From: the human T2T-CHM13v2.0 reference genome, Homo sapiens
Reading direction: 5' to 3' (one strand)
DNA: 64,000 nucleotides
NCBI RefSeq assembly: GCF_009914755.1
Contig: NC_060930.1
Part shown: positions 37,701 through 51,270 of the stretch, in pieces
Position numbering within the stretch: position 1 is the stretch's first letter
Layout: every line of letters starts with the position of its first letter
Position numbers and translations under genes: made by a program
Notes under the pieces: model-generated
Database searches by the model: none
Seen by the model: the letters and a program-made list of their open reading frames with translations, nothing else
What the model was told of the DNA's origin: nothing

Positions 37701-38433
37701 TTAACAGGGAAAGAAAAGTTTTGAGGACAGAAAAATGCATCTAGCAATGTGCCCTGCAGCCTAGAGTATAATTGCTTTAAAAGCCAGGGAATGGAAAACA
37801 GTTAAAGTGTTATACTGCCATACATCTTACAGGGATTAAAAGTTATCATTTTTCAGACTTGTGCAGGGCAGTTTGTTTCGGCATGGTACTCTGCCACATG
37901 GTGATATATTTGCCTGCAGAGATCACACTGAGGTAGTATAATACCCAGTCCTGCTTTGGATTTTCCCTAAAGGCAGACACAATCACTACAATAATGTGAT
38001 AAATTGTGTGGCATTTTGCTGAACAGCAAGAGACTCCCCCCAGTTTTGAAACAGTTTGAGGCAGTTTGACTGTGTTTTCTTTTTTTTTTTTCAGTTATTC
38101 GATTATGTTTTCCAAAGAAAATACTGGTACCAGGATTTCACTGTAAATGCCAATAACATAAACATTTTGTTCCATGACCTTTAAAAGTTTTTGCCAAAAC
38201 TTTTTGCATTCCAAATCATGGTTCGGTTAAGGCAAAAGATAATGTATTTTCATATTTTAGTAGAAATTGAACTTTGAATTATATCTATTTCTTAGTGAGA
38301 TATAATGTGTTTGACTAAATCAGTTCATTTCAGACAACCAAAAATGTTGAGTCCCTTCAATGTGCCAGATAATGGACTAATTGTAGAAGAAACTAAAATG
38401 AATATCCTAACCATCAAAAATTTTTCAATTTTA

Positions 38434-38743
38434 GGCCCAGCACAGTGGCTCATGCCTATAGTCTCAGCACTTTGGGAGGCAAAGGCAGTAGGATTACTTG
38501 AGCTTAGGAGTTCGAGACCAGCCTGGGCAACAAAGTGAGATCCCTATCTCTACGAAAAATAAAAGTGAATTTAAAAAATTATCCAGTCAAGGTGGTGTGA
38601 ATCTATAGTCCCAGCTACTCAGGAGGCTGAGGTGGGAGAATCCCTTGAGCCCAGGAGTTCAAGGCTGCAGCTAGCTATGACTTCACCACTGCAGTGCAGC
38701 CTGGGCAACAGAGAAAGACACTGTCTCAATTTAAAAAAAAAAA
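38434..38743 (+). mobile_element. AluJ
   Basis: ggattacttgagcttaggagttcgagacc and cttgagcccaggagttcaaggctgcag; TSD tcaattttag / tcagttttag. Confidence 0.92.
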
Positions 38744-39459
38744 TCAGTTTTAGAGCATCTTGTTATGAACTCAACATGATCACGCTGTCTTCTTAATCTT
38801 TCAATGGCAATGCTCATGAATGAATACAGACTTCATCATTTGTTCTACCCTCTATTTATAACAATCACTTATATCTGCAGCAAAGGGAATGTTAAAATCT
38901 TATGACACTCGAGAATTATTTCTGCATCTGAATATGGATCAAAGTAAAAAAATGTGTGAGAATGACCAGTACACATATTCAAGTAAGGACGACATGCATT
39001 TCAATAATGCAGCTTTATTAGACTAAACTTTCATTTCAAAAACTCAGAAAAATCATATGAAATTAATATATCTATAATAACAATCATAGTTGACCATATA
39101 AGGGAGAATAATGTGACAGCACAGAGAAGATTTCCTCTTCCAATGTAGGCAATGAGAACAGGGTAGTTGAAATCCATAGTCAAAGGAGATTTGTAGGGCC
39201 ATTGAGGTCAGAAGTGATAAAAGGAGTTTTTCATAAAATGGCCAGTAGGACACTTTAGGAAAAACTAGGCAATGTGACTTTTACTGAGCCCATGTGAAGA
39301 GACTAGAAGCATCAGAAAGAAATCTCAGAAAGGTTCACTTTTTCTCTCTCAATATTTCCTTTGTTGGCATTTTTACCATATATTGGGGTTCCAACTGTCT
39401 CTTTTAAAATGTATCTCTACAATCATTCTTCCAAATAACCTTTTGAAATCCTCATCTGT

Positions 39460-39522
39460 TTAGGTTGGTGCAAAAGTTTTGCCATTAATGGCAAAAACCA
39501 CAATACCTTTTGCACCAACCTA
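39460..39522. mobile_element. MADE1 (Hsmar1-derived MITE), internally deleted
   Basis: Inverted ends taggttggtgcaaaag / cttttgcaccaaccta with a central ttttgccattaatggcaaaa palindrome. Confidence 0.92.
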
Positions 39523-39734
39523 TAGATTTTCAGCGTCTTAAACTCATTCTGTCAAAACCTAAATTAATTATCTCCCCTTTTGTTTTACCGCATCAATCTT
39601 CTCCCAATGTCTCGAATTCAAAATTCTATGTTTTTTTTCTTTTAGATTTGCATTACAAAATGAATTTCTGTACCCTTCTCCACCTCTCTCTTCCTCCTGC
39701 CACTGTCTTCTTTCAGATTACATCCAGGAATAGA

Positions 39735-39890
39735 CAACACAATATTGTGGAAAGACCACAGGTTTGCAGACTGGTTTTGTTTTGAGTCTTTTCACTTCTC
39801 TCAGCTATATAATCTTGTGAAATAATTTCATCTCTCCAGCTTTAGTTTTATCACTTTAATAAGTACGAAGTGTAGCTTAGTATTAAAGGA
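39735..39890 (+). mobile_element. MIR fragment
   Basis: gtggaaagaccacaggtttgcaga...tcagctatataatcttgtgaaataatttcatctctc. Confidence 0.5.
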
Positions 39891-40810
39891 AGGAGTCTCC
39901 TTGATAGATGTCATCATTTGATTAATCCATTAAATAATGTATTTATTATTTTAAAAATATGTGTTAAGTGCCTACTGTGAAGTAGAAACTATGTTAGGCA
40001 CTGGAATTATTCAACCTGGGAGCATATTGTTGCCATTAACAGGGATGAGGAGCATTGGAAGATGCCTAGGTTTTGGTGGCATAAATCAGTGGAGTAAAGA
40101 GGAGAAATATATAAGACATTTGATTACAGGTTGTGTTTGAAACCAGAGATATAATGAGGTTTTATGAAGGTAGAATACGGTGAAAAAAAAAAAAAAAGAA
40201 TGGTCTAGCATTACCATAACGAACTCTGATTCTTCATAGATAGAAGAAAATGAATCTGCAAAGTATATGATGGATAAATCAGAGGAAATGTGGAGACTTA
40301 GCTCATAGAAGTTGAACTAAAAATATTTTAAGAAGGAAATAAACTGCCGATTTTTGTTGAGAGATTCTACAAGGGGAGGATGAAGAAACTACCCATTTGA
40401 TTTAGATTTATGGACATAATCACTTACCCCAGTAAAAGTTATTTTGTAGGAGTGATGGAAATATAAAACGGGAGTATTGGCAGATTCTGCTACATGTCTT
40501 CCATATGCTATTTTCTCTTGCAGGATAATAAAACTTCCTATTTTTCTCTGTGCACCTACAAAATTAAGCAAACATTTCCCAACCACCATTGTAACTACAT
40601 GTTATCATGTTGTTAATTTATAGATAACATAACAGAACTTCCTGATAATGCTTTTCCTTTTTCCTTTTCCCTTGTCCAGTGACTGGGATGTGAACATAAT
40701 AGTATGCTACCTTTGACCATGCAGATAAAGGCAAAACTTTATAAACATCAGAATAAGAGAGAATAAACATGAGTTTTGAAATTTTATCAGAAGGATGATG
40801 TCACACCAGG

Positions 40811-41127
40811 TTTTTTTTTTTTTTTTTTTTTTGAGATGGAGTTTTGCTCTTGTTGCCCAGGCTGGAGTGCAGTGGCACAACCTGGGCTCACTGCGCAATC
40901 TCCGCCTCCCGGGTTCAAGAGATTCTCCTGCCTCAGCCTCCCGAGTAGCTGGGATTACAGGCATGCGTCACCACGCCTAGCTAATTTTTTTTTTTTTTGT
41001 ATTTTTTAGTAGAGATAGGTTTTCTCCATGTTGGTCAGGCTGGTCTCCAGCTCCCAACCTCGGGTGATCCACCCTCCTCGGCCTCCCAAAGTGCTGGGAT
41101 TACAGGCGTGGGCCACCTCGCCTGGCC
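40811..41127 (-). mobile_element. AluSp-like
   Basis: gctcttgttgccc, ttctccatgttggtcagg and ctcccaacctc diagnostics. Confidence 0.93.
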
Positions 41128-42543
41128 ATCAGCTTCGATTTTTATAAGCAAAATATAATTCACTTTTTTTAAACCTTTGTTAATTTTGGATCTCTATTGT
41201 AGCAACCAGACTTACACTCTTACCAGTACATAGATAATATCGTAATGAGAGTATGTTGAAAAACATGGAGACAGCATTTTAGAAAACTTCCTACAATTTG
41301 AGCTAAGAGGCAGAATAGAAAGCTAGCAAAGTAGCTGGAGGAGAATGAGGGGAAAAGTGGCTATAACAAGGTGTATCTGTTTTCAATGGTAAAGATTTGA
41401 GTATGTCTAGAAGCCAATGGGAAGAACCCAGGCAACAGGTAGAGGTTAAGAGTGTTATTCACCTGGTATACTGTTTCCAGGCTCAGATATTATGACTCTC
41501 TTGTCCTAGTAGGTGATGCTGCAAAGCCTGCGTGAATCTGGCATGGTTAAAATGCAGATATCTAAGAGGTTGATCAAAAGTCTGATACTGTTTCCTTTCT
41601 TTTTCATATCCCCTTTTTCTCTGCATAGGATGCATGGTACATTGCTTTTTTGCTACTTCAATGAATTCAAGAAAATTATGTATAACATAGTAAGAACTCA
41701 ATGTCTATTTTTTTAATGAATGAATGTAAACCCATTCTATCTAAACTTCACTCTTTTGGGATTTATATACCTAGAGTTGAGTGCTAAATACCACAAAATT
41801 ACAACCTATGCAATGGAACCACAAGCAGATCTAAATAGGCAACAAAAGCATTCCACATTATAATTTCTCAGGGGGAAACACACGTATTCCTTATCTATTT
41901 CATTATACTGTACTCAGAATTGTCATTGAGATTTTTAACCTGTCTGTATGTAGTACAGGCTGATGAAATTACATTTAATGATTGTATTTTCTATGCTTCA
42001 CTCATTAGAATTATATTCAGATAGTTTAAATACACTATTGTTTCTTTCTCCCTCATAATTAAAGTCAGGATTCCACTTGATCATGATCAGTTAGACATTC
42101 TGGAAGATCTCTGTCAACTTGCATTTAAATATCTGCTCCAGTCTTTCCTTTGGGAACAACCTACTCACTGGCTTGTCTATCAGCTGTGGCATTTCTTTGC
42201 AATGAGTCTCTGGTGTAACTTGGCTGCATATGTTTCTTCATGTTTTCCTAGTAACTGACACAAAAGAAATACATCTTGAATGCAGCCTGTAATGGTCATT
42301 CAATCCTTTTTTTCTATTTTTAGGTGTTTTTCACTCAAAGAAAATACATTTTTTTAGTTAACCTGAATTTTTTGACTTTTTTTTAATTCCAAGGGATTAG
42401 AGCATTTGTATAAAAATAAAACTGAAACATATAAATATGTCAGACAAAACTTCGTATTTTGAAAATGTCTCCACAGAGCTCTATAGATATCCATGGGTGT
42501 AAGCACTTGACAGAATAATAAATTAATCAATAATCCTCTGTGA

Positions 42544-42914
<371 letters not shown>

Positions 42915-43079
42915 TAAGTGCCAAAGCCATTATAGAATTTAACCTCTGATCCCCGGAGATTCTAGATCCTGTAAACAATTTTGAGAACCAACAATCAGAA
43001 AACAATGCCATCAAATGCTTATAATATGTTTGTGTGCTTATGGGAAGAGGAAGACCAAAGGGATCAAAAGTAAGAACAC

Positions 43080-43351
<272 letters not shown>

Positions 43352-43496
43352 GTAAGAACAAAAAGGGGAGGAAGATACAAACCTATTACCATTTCTGAAA
43401 TAAATGCTCTTTTGTTGTACAGACTTCTTGTCACTTTGGATTTCAGGTCTCTTTGGTCTTCTCTGAGTAGCTCACTTATATGAACATTTTATATTA

Positions 43497-43805
43497 CAGT
43501 AGTGACCCCTCATCTTTGGTTTTGCTTCCCGTGGTTTCAGTGACCTGCAGTCACATGAGGTCTAATAATACACACAATGCAGTACAATAAGGTATTTTTG
43601 TGAGAGACCACTTTTACGTAACTTTTATTACAGTTTGTTGTTATAATTGCTCTACTTTATTATTAGTTATTATTGTTCATCTCTTACTGTGCCTAATTTA
43701 TAAATTAAACTTTATCTTAGGTATGTATATATAGGAAAAAACAAAGTGTATATTGGGTTTGCTACTATCTGCAGTTTCAGGCATGCACTGGGGGTCTTGG
43801 AATGC
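43497..43805 (+). mobile_element. MER44-like (Tigger7-derived) DNA transposon
   Basis: gagagaccac...aacttttattacag...ctcttactgtgcctaatttataaattaaactttatc...gtttcaggcatgcactgggggtcttggaa. Confidence 0.8.
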
Positions 43806-45629
43806 AAGTCCAAACTTGCATATTCGAGGCACCTAAAATGATTACCTTACTCTAATAATACACTCAAGTGGAACCAAAGAGAAATTGAAAGGGTAAAAGG
43901 AGGATAATGGCAAAGGAAAAAAGAAAAAAAAAATAGGATGGAATGCAGAGAAGTGGAATAAATGGAAAAATTGTGTGAAAAACAATATGGAAAGTAATAA
44001 TTGAAGGCACAAATTATTGGGCACCTAATGCAATGAACAGATGAATGGACATTTCCACATGCTTAATTATTCTTTAGTTGTGATGAATCTTTCCTGAAAG
44101 CAGTTTTCTTACCTCAGAGCTGTACTTTTCTTTACTTATAGCTACTGTAATGGTCTAAGAAATGTCTAAGTGTTGGAATAATATCAGAAATGCCTAAATA
44201 TTTATATGAAACCAGTAATTACAAGAAAAAGGAACAATGGAATTTGCATGGTTTAGAAAATTGTAATATATCACCCTTATGATTATCAAATGATCTCCCT
44301 CAAATTCATTTCCATTCCCATTTTTCAGTTGCACGATTCTAGGAATAAAGTGTAATCATGGTCAAACCTAGATATACTTGGTCTGAGAAGCTTAGAAACG
44401 AAATGTTTATAGTTTGGATGAAGGAGTATAGTATAATTTTCACATACGCATACATATATATACATACACAAAGACACACACATAAATTGAGGTGTGAAAA
44501 TTCAGTGCATAAACAAGTTTAATGAAATTGTATATCTAACAAATAAAAACCATCTTTATGTGCATATTACCTTCCATAAAATATATGCTAAATATTTTAA
44601 ACAAAAATTGTATTCATAGATAGCTTTATTTTTGACCCATTTTCATTATATTTAGTCTAGGTTTCCATATTATTTGATGTGACTTACCTTTACTAACATG
44701 TGAAAACCTTCTGCCAGATGTCTCTGTAATAAAATATTAGAAAGATAGCTGCTAATAAATGCTCATTACTCTTATTTTTCTGGGATCTCAGATAACATGG
44801 CAGGTCACTGGCTTTTAGTTTCTCAAAAACTGTACTATTGTTCATTGGTTAGAATGTTTTAAAAATGCATATTTTATGTGACTAACATTGTATGTATAGC
44901 CTATTCTCTGTCAAAAAGTGAATCTTGAAAAAATAATGAAGGAAAAAAGGATTTTTAAAAGAAAATGTAAATTAAAATGTTTCATTGATTCATGACTATT
45001 TTTTATTTTAAACAATGTAAATCTAGGAAGTCCTCTATTTGCATAGTATTGTATCATAATAAAAATGACTGTGCAAGCTGAATGATCTTAAAAGTGATCT
45101 TAATAGCCAATGAGAAATTTATGATTGTTCCATTACCTTTAACAATTTTTGCCGAAATATTAAAATATGCCAATTATAAATGTACACAGAAATGAAAAAT
45201 AGTAAATTTGTAATATTTATGCTGTAATTTAAAATAATGAGAACATTTAAATTAAAGTGTTTTATGTCTTATAAAAATACATGTCAATAGTAGTTTGCAC
45301 ACACAGTGAATAGTCTTTAGCTCCTTCTTTTTGCATAATTTGCAATATGGAATGAGCATCTGTTCTATACTTTGTGAACTGTCATACTCTTTTCTAATCT
45401 GGATCCACTTCCAATACTTTATCTTTTGTTTCTTCAATGTCATGAAATACCTCTGAGAAACCTCCAGAAGTGCCTATGTCAATTATGGGACATCTTCATC
45501 TTTTTCATCACAATCACATTTTTCCTCACTTATGTTTATAAGTCGGCCTTCACTAAGTTCTTCTGGATGCGTATCTAGTGTCCCTCAAATAGCTGCAGTG
45601 TTAACATTCCAACAGTTACCTGTTTCTGC

Positions 45630-45786
45630 TATAACCTCATTTACATTTGACTCATATCCTTTAAAGTTATTTGCATGGTAGAGTAAAATTATGCCATACT
45701 GCATGCATCTTACTTCCTATTACTTTCTGCCAATACTTGGATGTTTTCCATTGCTTTATGCCTTATGTCATATTTTCTCCAAAATT

Positions 45787-45822
<36 letters not shown>

Positions 45823-46030
45823 CGTGATCTTCCTTCATAGCATTAATAGCCTTTCCAAAAGTCAATTTGTAATAATGGGCAAAGTTGAAATAAATTCCAG
45901 GCCCATTGATTGGATTGATGAAGTTGCATTTGGGGTAAAAATTAAATGTTCACATTTTCATTCATGCTACAAAGAGAATCAAGGTGACCTGGAACATTTT
46001 CCAATGGTAGTAGTACTTGAAAGTTATTAG
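45630..46030 (-). pseudogene. Pogo/Tigger-family (DDE_1) transposase fossil
   Basis: Manual translation across frameshifts: FQVLLPLENVPGHLDSLCSMNENVNI*FL/PNATSSIQSMGLEFIST/AHYYKLTFGKAINA...AEFWRKYDIRHKAMENIQV/WQKVIGSKMHAVWHN.../NNFKGYE. Confidence 0.8.
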
Positions 46031-46149
46031 TTTGCTTAGACTCTTTCTACATCTAAGAGATAAAGAAACACAACTATACACTTTGCTCTCTGTATGTGAG
46101 CTGAATAACAGATGTGCAGTGTATTGCCAAAAGTTTTTGAAGGAAATAA

Positions 46150-47339
46150 TAGCCATGTATCACTTAATGATGGCGATACTTCCTGAGAAATATGTCATTA
46201 AGTGATTTTGTTTTTGTACAATCATCATAGAGGATACTTACAAACACCTAGATGGTATAGGCTATCACACATCTAGGCTATATGCTATATCCTATTGCTC
46301 CTAGGCTATAAACCTGTACAACATGTTACTGTACTGAATACTGTAGGCAATTGTAACACAATGCCAAGTATTTATGCATCTAGACATTTAAACATAAAAA
46401 GGTACAGTAAAAATACTGTATAAAAAGACTTAAAAATGGTTTATCTGTATAGGGAGCTTACCGTGAATGGAGCTTAGAGAACTGGAAGCTGCTCTTGGTG
46501 AGTTGGTGCGTGAGTGATGAGTGAATGTGAAGGCCTAGGACATTACTATATACTACTGTAGACTTTATAAACACTGTACTCTTAGGCTACACTGAATGAA
46601 AAAAACATTTTTTTTTTTACTAATAAGTTAACCTTAGGTTACTGTAACTTTTTTTTATGATCTTTAACTTTTTTCAACTCTTTGACTCTTTTGTTATAAC
46701 ACAGCTTAAAACACAAACATATTGTGCAGCTGTACAAAAATATTCTCTTTATATCCTTACTCTATAAGCTTTTTTCTATTTTAAAATTTGAAAAAAAAAT
46801 AAACTTTTTTGTTAAAACCTAAGACAGAAACGCACACATTAGTTGAGGTCTGCACAGGGTCAGAAGCATCAATATCACTGTCATTCACCTTCACATCTTG
46901 TCCCACTGGAAGGTTTTCAGAGGCAATAACACATGCGGAGTTACCTCCCATGACAACAATGTCTTCTTCTGGAATACCTTCTGAAGGAAATGCCAGAGGC
47001 TGCTAATTTACAGTTAACTATTTTTTTATGTGAAGGAGTACACAAAATAAAATGATAAAAATATTGTGTAGTAAATGCATAAGCCACTAACAGTCATTTA
47101 TTATAATGTATTGTGTACTGTATCTAATTGTATGTGCTATACTTTTATATGCCTAGCAACACAGTAGGTTTGTTTACATCAGCATCACCACAAACATGTG
47201 AGTAATGCATTGCACTATGACATTATAAGGGCTACCATGTCACTAGGTGATGAAAATTTTTCAGCTGTATTATAATCTTATGAGACCATTATTGCATATG
47301 TTACTCTTCATTGACCAAACCCCATGTGTCACATGACCG
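46150..47339 (-). mobile_element. Tigger3b (Golem/MER7)-like DNA transposon, ~1.2 kb
   Basis: acctagatggtataggcta...ctcctaggctataaacctgtacaacatgttactgtactgaatactgtaggcaattgtaacacaatg; ends tagccatg / catgaccg followed by TA. Confidence 0.85.
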
Positions 47340-48459
47340 TATGTGATTGGGTCACTGATTAGAATGCACTTTTGTTATTTATATAATGGTTTGTATACCA
47401 AACGGCCAGAAGGAAAGTTTATACTTTATGTAATTACTCACAGTTAACATATGTTAGTAGCTGAAATTCGAATTGTATTACTAGAGAACTGGTGTTATTT
47501 AACTAAATGGTGTTAACTGAAACACATATATTGTATCATGCAAAGTGAAGGTCACCTATATTTTAAATGATACTGTTTCTAAAAGTAAATAACGCCACTA
47601 AGTTTTGAAGCTAATTTTCCTAATAATATCTTTGAAATAAGAATAATTTGATTGTGTTTTCAAACTGAAACACTTAGAATGACAAATAGTCTGCTAAGCA
47701 ATGAACAAATTTTGAGTGGCTGGAGGACAGTAACCATAACTCAATTATCAATTCTCACCAGAACCTAATTGTGCTTGTATGGTAGATGGTTTGAATGAAT
47801 TAATTAATTTAAAGGAAAAAATACTTACTCTCAATATGTATAATGTATCTGATAAAAATATGTTTTATTTAATGAAGTTAAGAAATATGATATCTCATTT
47901 TTGTATAAAATTATGGACATAATTACATTAACGTTATGAAATGTGCATAATGTTATAGGATCGTAACAGACATAGTGAAACTATTTTTCCCTTTGAATGT
48001 TCCCAATAAAAAAATAGAAGACATATTTATATGTCATGTTTGATGTATGAATAAATTTGGGGTTGGCAGCTATCCTTCTCATATTATTTCTTTCTTAGGC
48101 ATTTTTTTTCTAGAATATGAATGCCTCCTTGGTCTGAGAAAAGATATTTGTGTCTATAACCACATTTTTGCTTCCTGCAAGCTCAGTAAAGCTTTTATGT
48201 TTTTCCTCTCTAATCAATAGTGTAAGTTGATAGTGGTCTGGATGTATTTCTTTTACCATTACAATGTTTCTGGGCTAGTGATTGATGTGTTTCTTGCCTC
48301 TCTAAAAATAAGAAACCCATATTAGATTTTACTGTCCTTATGCATCTCACTTTGAAAATTATAGATGACTATATGTATCCAATATACTCAGACAAATAAA
48401 AAGTAATGAAGCATAAATTCGGGAAACCAAAATACTATGGTGAATATAATGTTATTTCT

Positions 48460-49766
<1,307 letters not shown>

Positions 49767-50914
49767 ATATAATGTTATTTCTGTGGAGAATGTGAATTAT
49801 ACTCCATTTTGGGTACAATAGAAAGGTGTGTGGAAATAGCATTTCACATTAAATAAAGGGCAGTATGATTAATTCCACAGCAATGAGGTAAACTTTGTCT
49901 TCAATATTTGTGGCTAATTAGCAAGCAGACATACTTTTGAAAATGAGCCTTACTCCCTTGGTACTACATATTATGAATTTGTGTCCTATTCATAGTAAAT
50001 TCTTTGAGGTATACATACACATTTGAAGTGGCTCTCTGCATAACTAATCATAATTATGTTGAAAATATTTTTTCAAATCAAATATTTAATATTGGTCAAA
50101 TAAAATGAATTAATATTTGTTTAGAATAGAAGATAAAATCTTTTTTTAAAACCTTATATTTATTTGTTCACTCTTTCTGTTTATTTATTAGACAACAAAA
50201 CTAGTGAAAATGGGTTCAATCACCCCTTCTGGTTTTCTAACATCTATTTTCCTTCAAATTGGTAAAAGAAATCGAAACAAAACTTAACACAAACAAAAAA
50301 TTTTATGATTCCACAGGCAATGAATATATTAAAGAAAATTAGAAAACAACTACTAAAACTCTAATAGTGGAATAAACTTTTTAAATTATTTCATTTATTG
50401 ATCTGTTTCTGAATTAAACCTGACTAAATTTCAATATTCTACATGGCAAAATGTTTTTATATTCAAGGATTATTTTAAAGACAAAATCTTGAATTAATTC
50501 TTAATGAATTGGGAATTTTCCATCTATTGCTGAAATTTTAATATCTCTGAATTCTCTTATTTGAACTAAGTTGTGGATAAAATTTATTGAGTTTGAAGTG
50601 ATGGAAAGATGAGAAGTAAAAGCACTAGTTGTAATTATATCTGCTAAAGCAAGGCCATGACCACAATATTTTCAATATCCAAGGTGGACATACCATTTAT
50701 CCTCCCATTGGGACATTTTTGAGAATCAAAGGAAGTGCTATCATAGTTACATTTGGAAAACAGGAACAAATTAGTACTGCCCTTAGAAACCTGAATATAA
50801 GATTATTCCTCTGGACAGCAAACATTTATGCATTATGGGCAGAGATAATGAATTTAATTTATTTATCTTTAATGCACACATCTTTAAATTTTTGAATCCT
50901 ACTATGTTTCACAT

Positions 50915-51270
50915 TGATATGGTTTGGCTGTGTCCCTACCCAAATCTCATCTTGAAATATAGCTCCCATAATTCCCACATGTTATGGGAGAGACATGGTG
51001 GGAGATAATTGAAACATGGGGGTGGTTTCCCCCTTACTGTTCTCATTGTAGTGATAAGTCTCATGAGATCTGATGATTTTATAAGGGGAAACCCCTTTTG
51101 CTTGGCCTTCATTCTCTCTTGTCTGCTGCCATATAAGACATGGCTTTTGCCTTCCACCATGATTGTGAGGCCTCCCAACTACGTGGAACTGTGAGTCCAT
51201 TAAATCTCTTTTTCTTTATAAAACATCTTGGCTATGTCTTTATCGGCAGCATAAAAATGGACTATAAACA
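50915..51270 (+). mobile_element. THE1 (B/C-like) solo LTR
   Basis: tgatatggtttggctgtgtccc...ctcatgagatctgatg...ccatgattgtgaggcctccc...gcagcataaaaatggacta..aca. Confidence 0.93.

Larger units (their letters stand above)
45024..47557 (+). mobile_element. Tigger13a-like DNA transposon with internal transposase remnant, split by a nested Tigger3b-like element
   Basis: Inverted ends aggaagtcctctatttgcat / atgcaaagtgaaggtcacct; aaaaatgactgtgcaagctgaa and tactttatgtaattactcacagtt match my recollection of Tigger13a; minus-strand DDE motifs at 45630-46030. Confidence 0.75.

Noticed and set aside
37900-38100. Acceptor-like sites (tttgcctgcAG, T-run cAG) suggesting micro-exons
   Set aside because: No supporting donor or frame context; such motifs are common by chance.
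45671-46030. 119-aa plus-strand ORF with poly-Lys
   Set aside because: Antisense shadow of the transposase fossil plus the A29 run.
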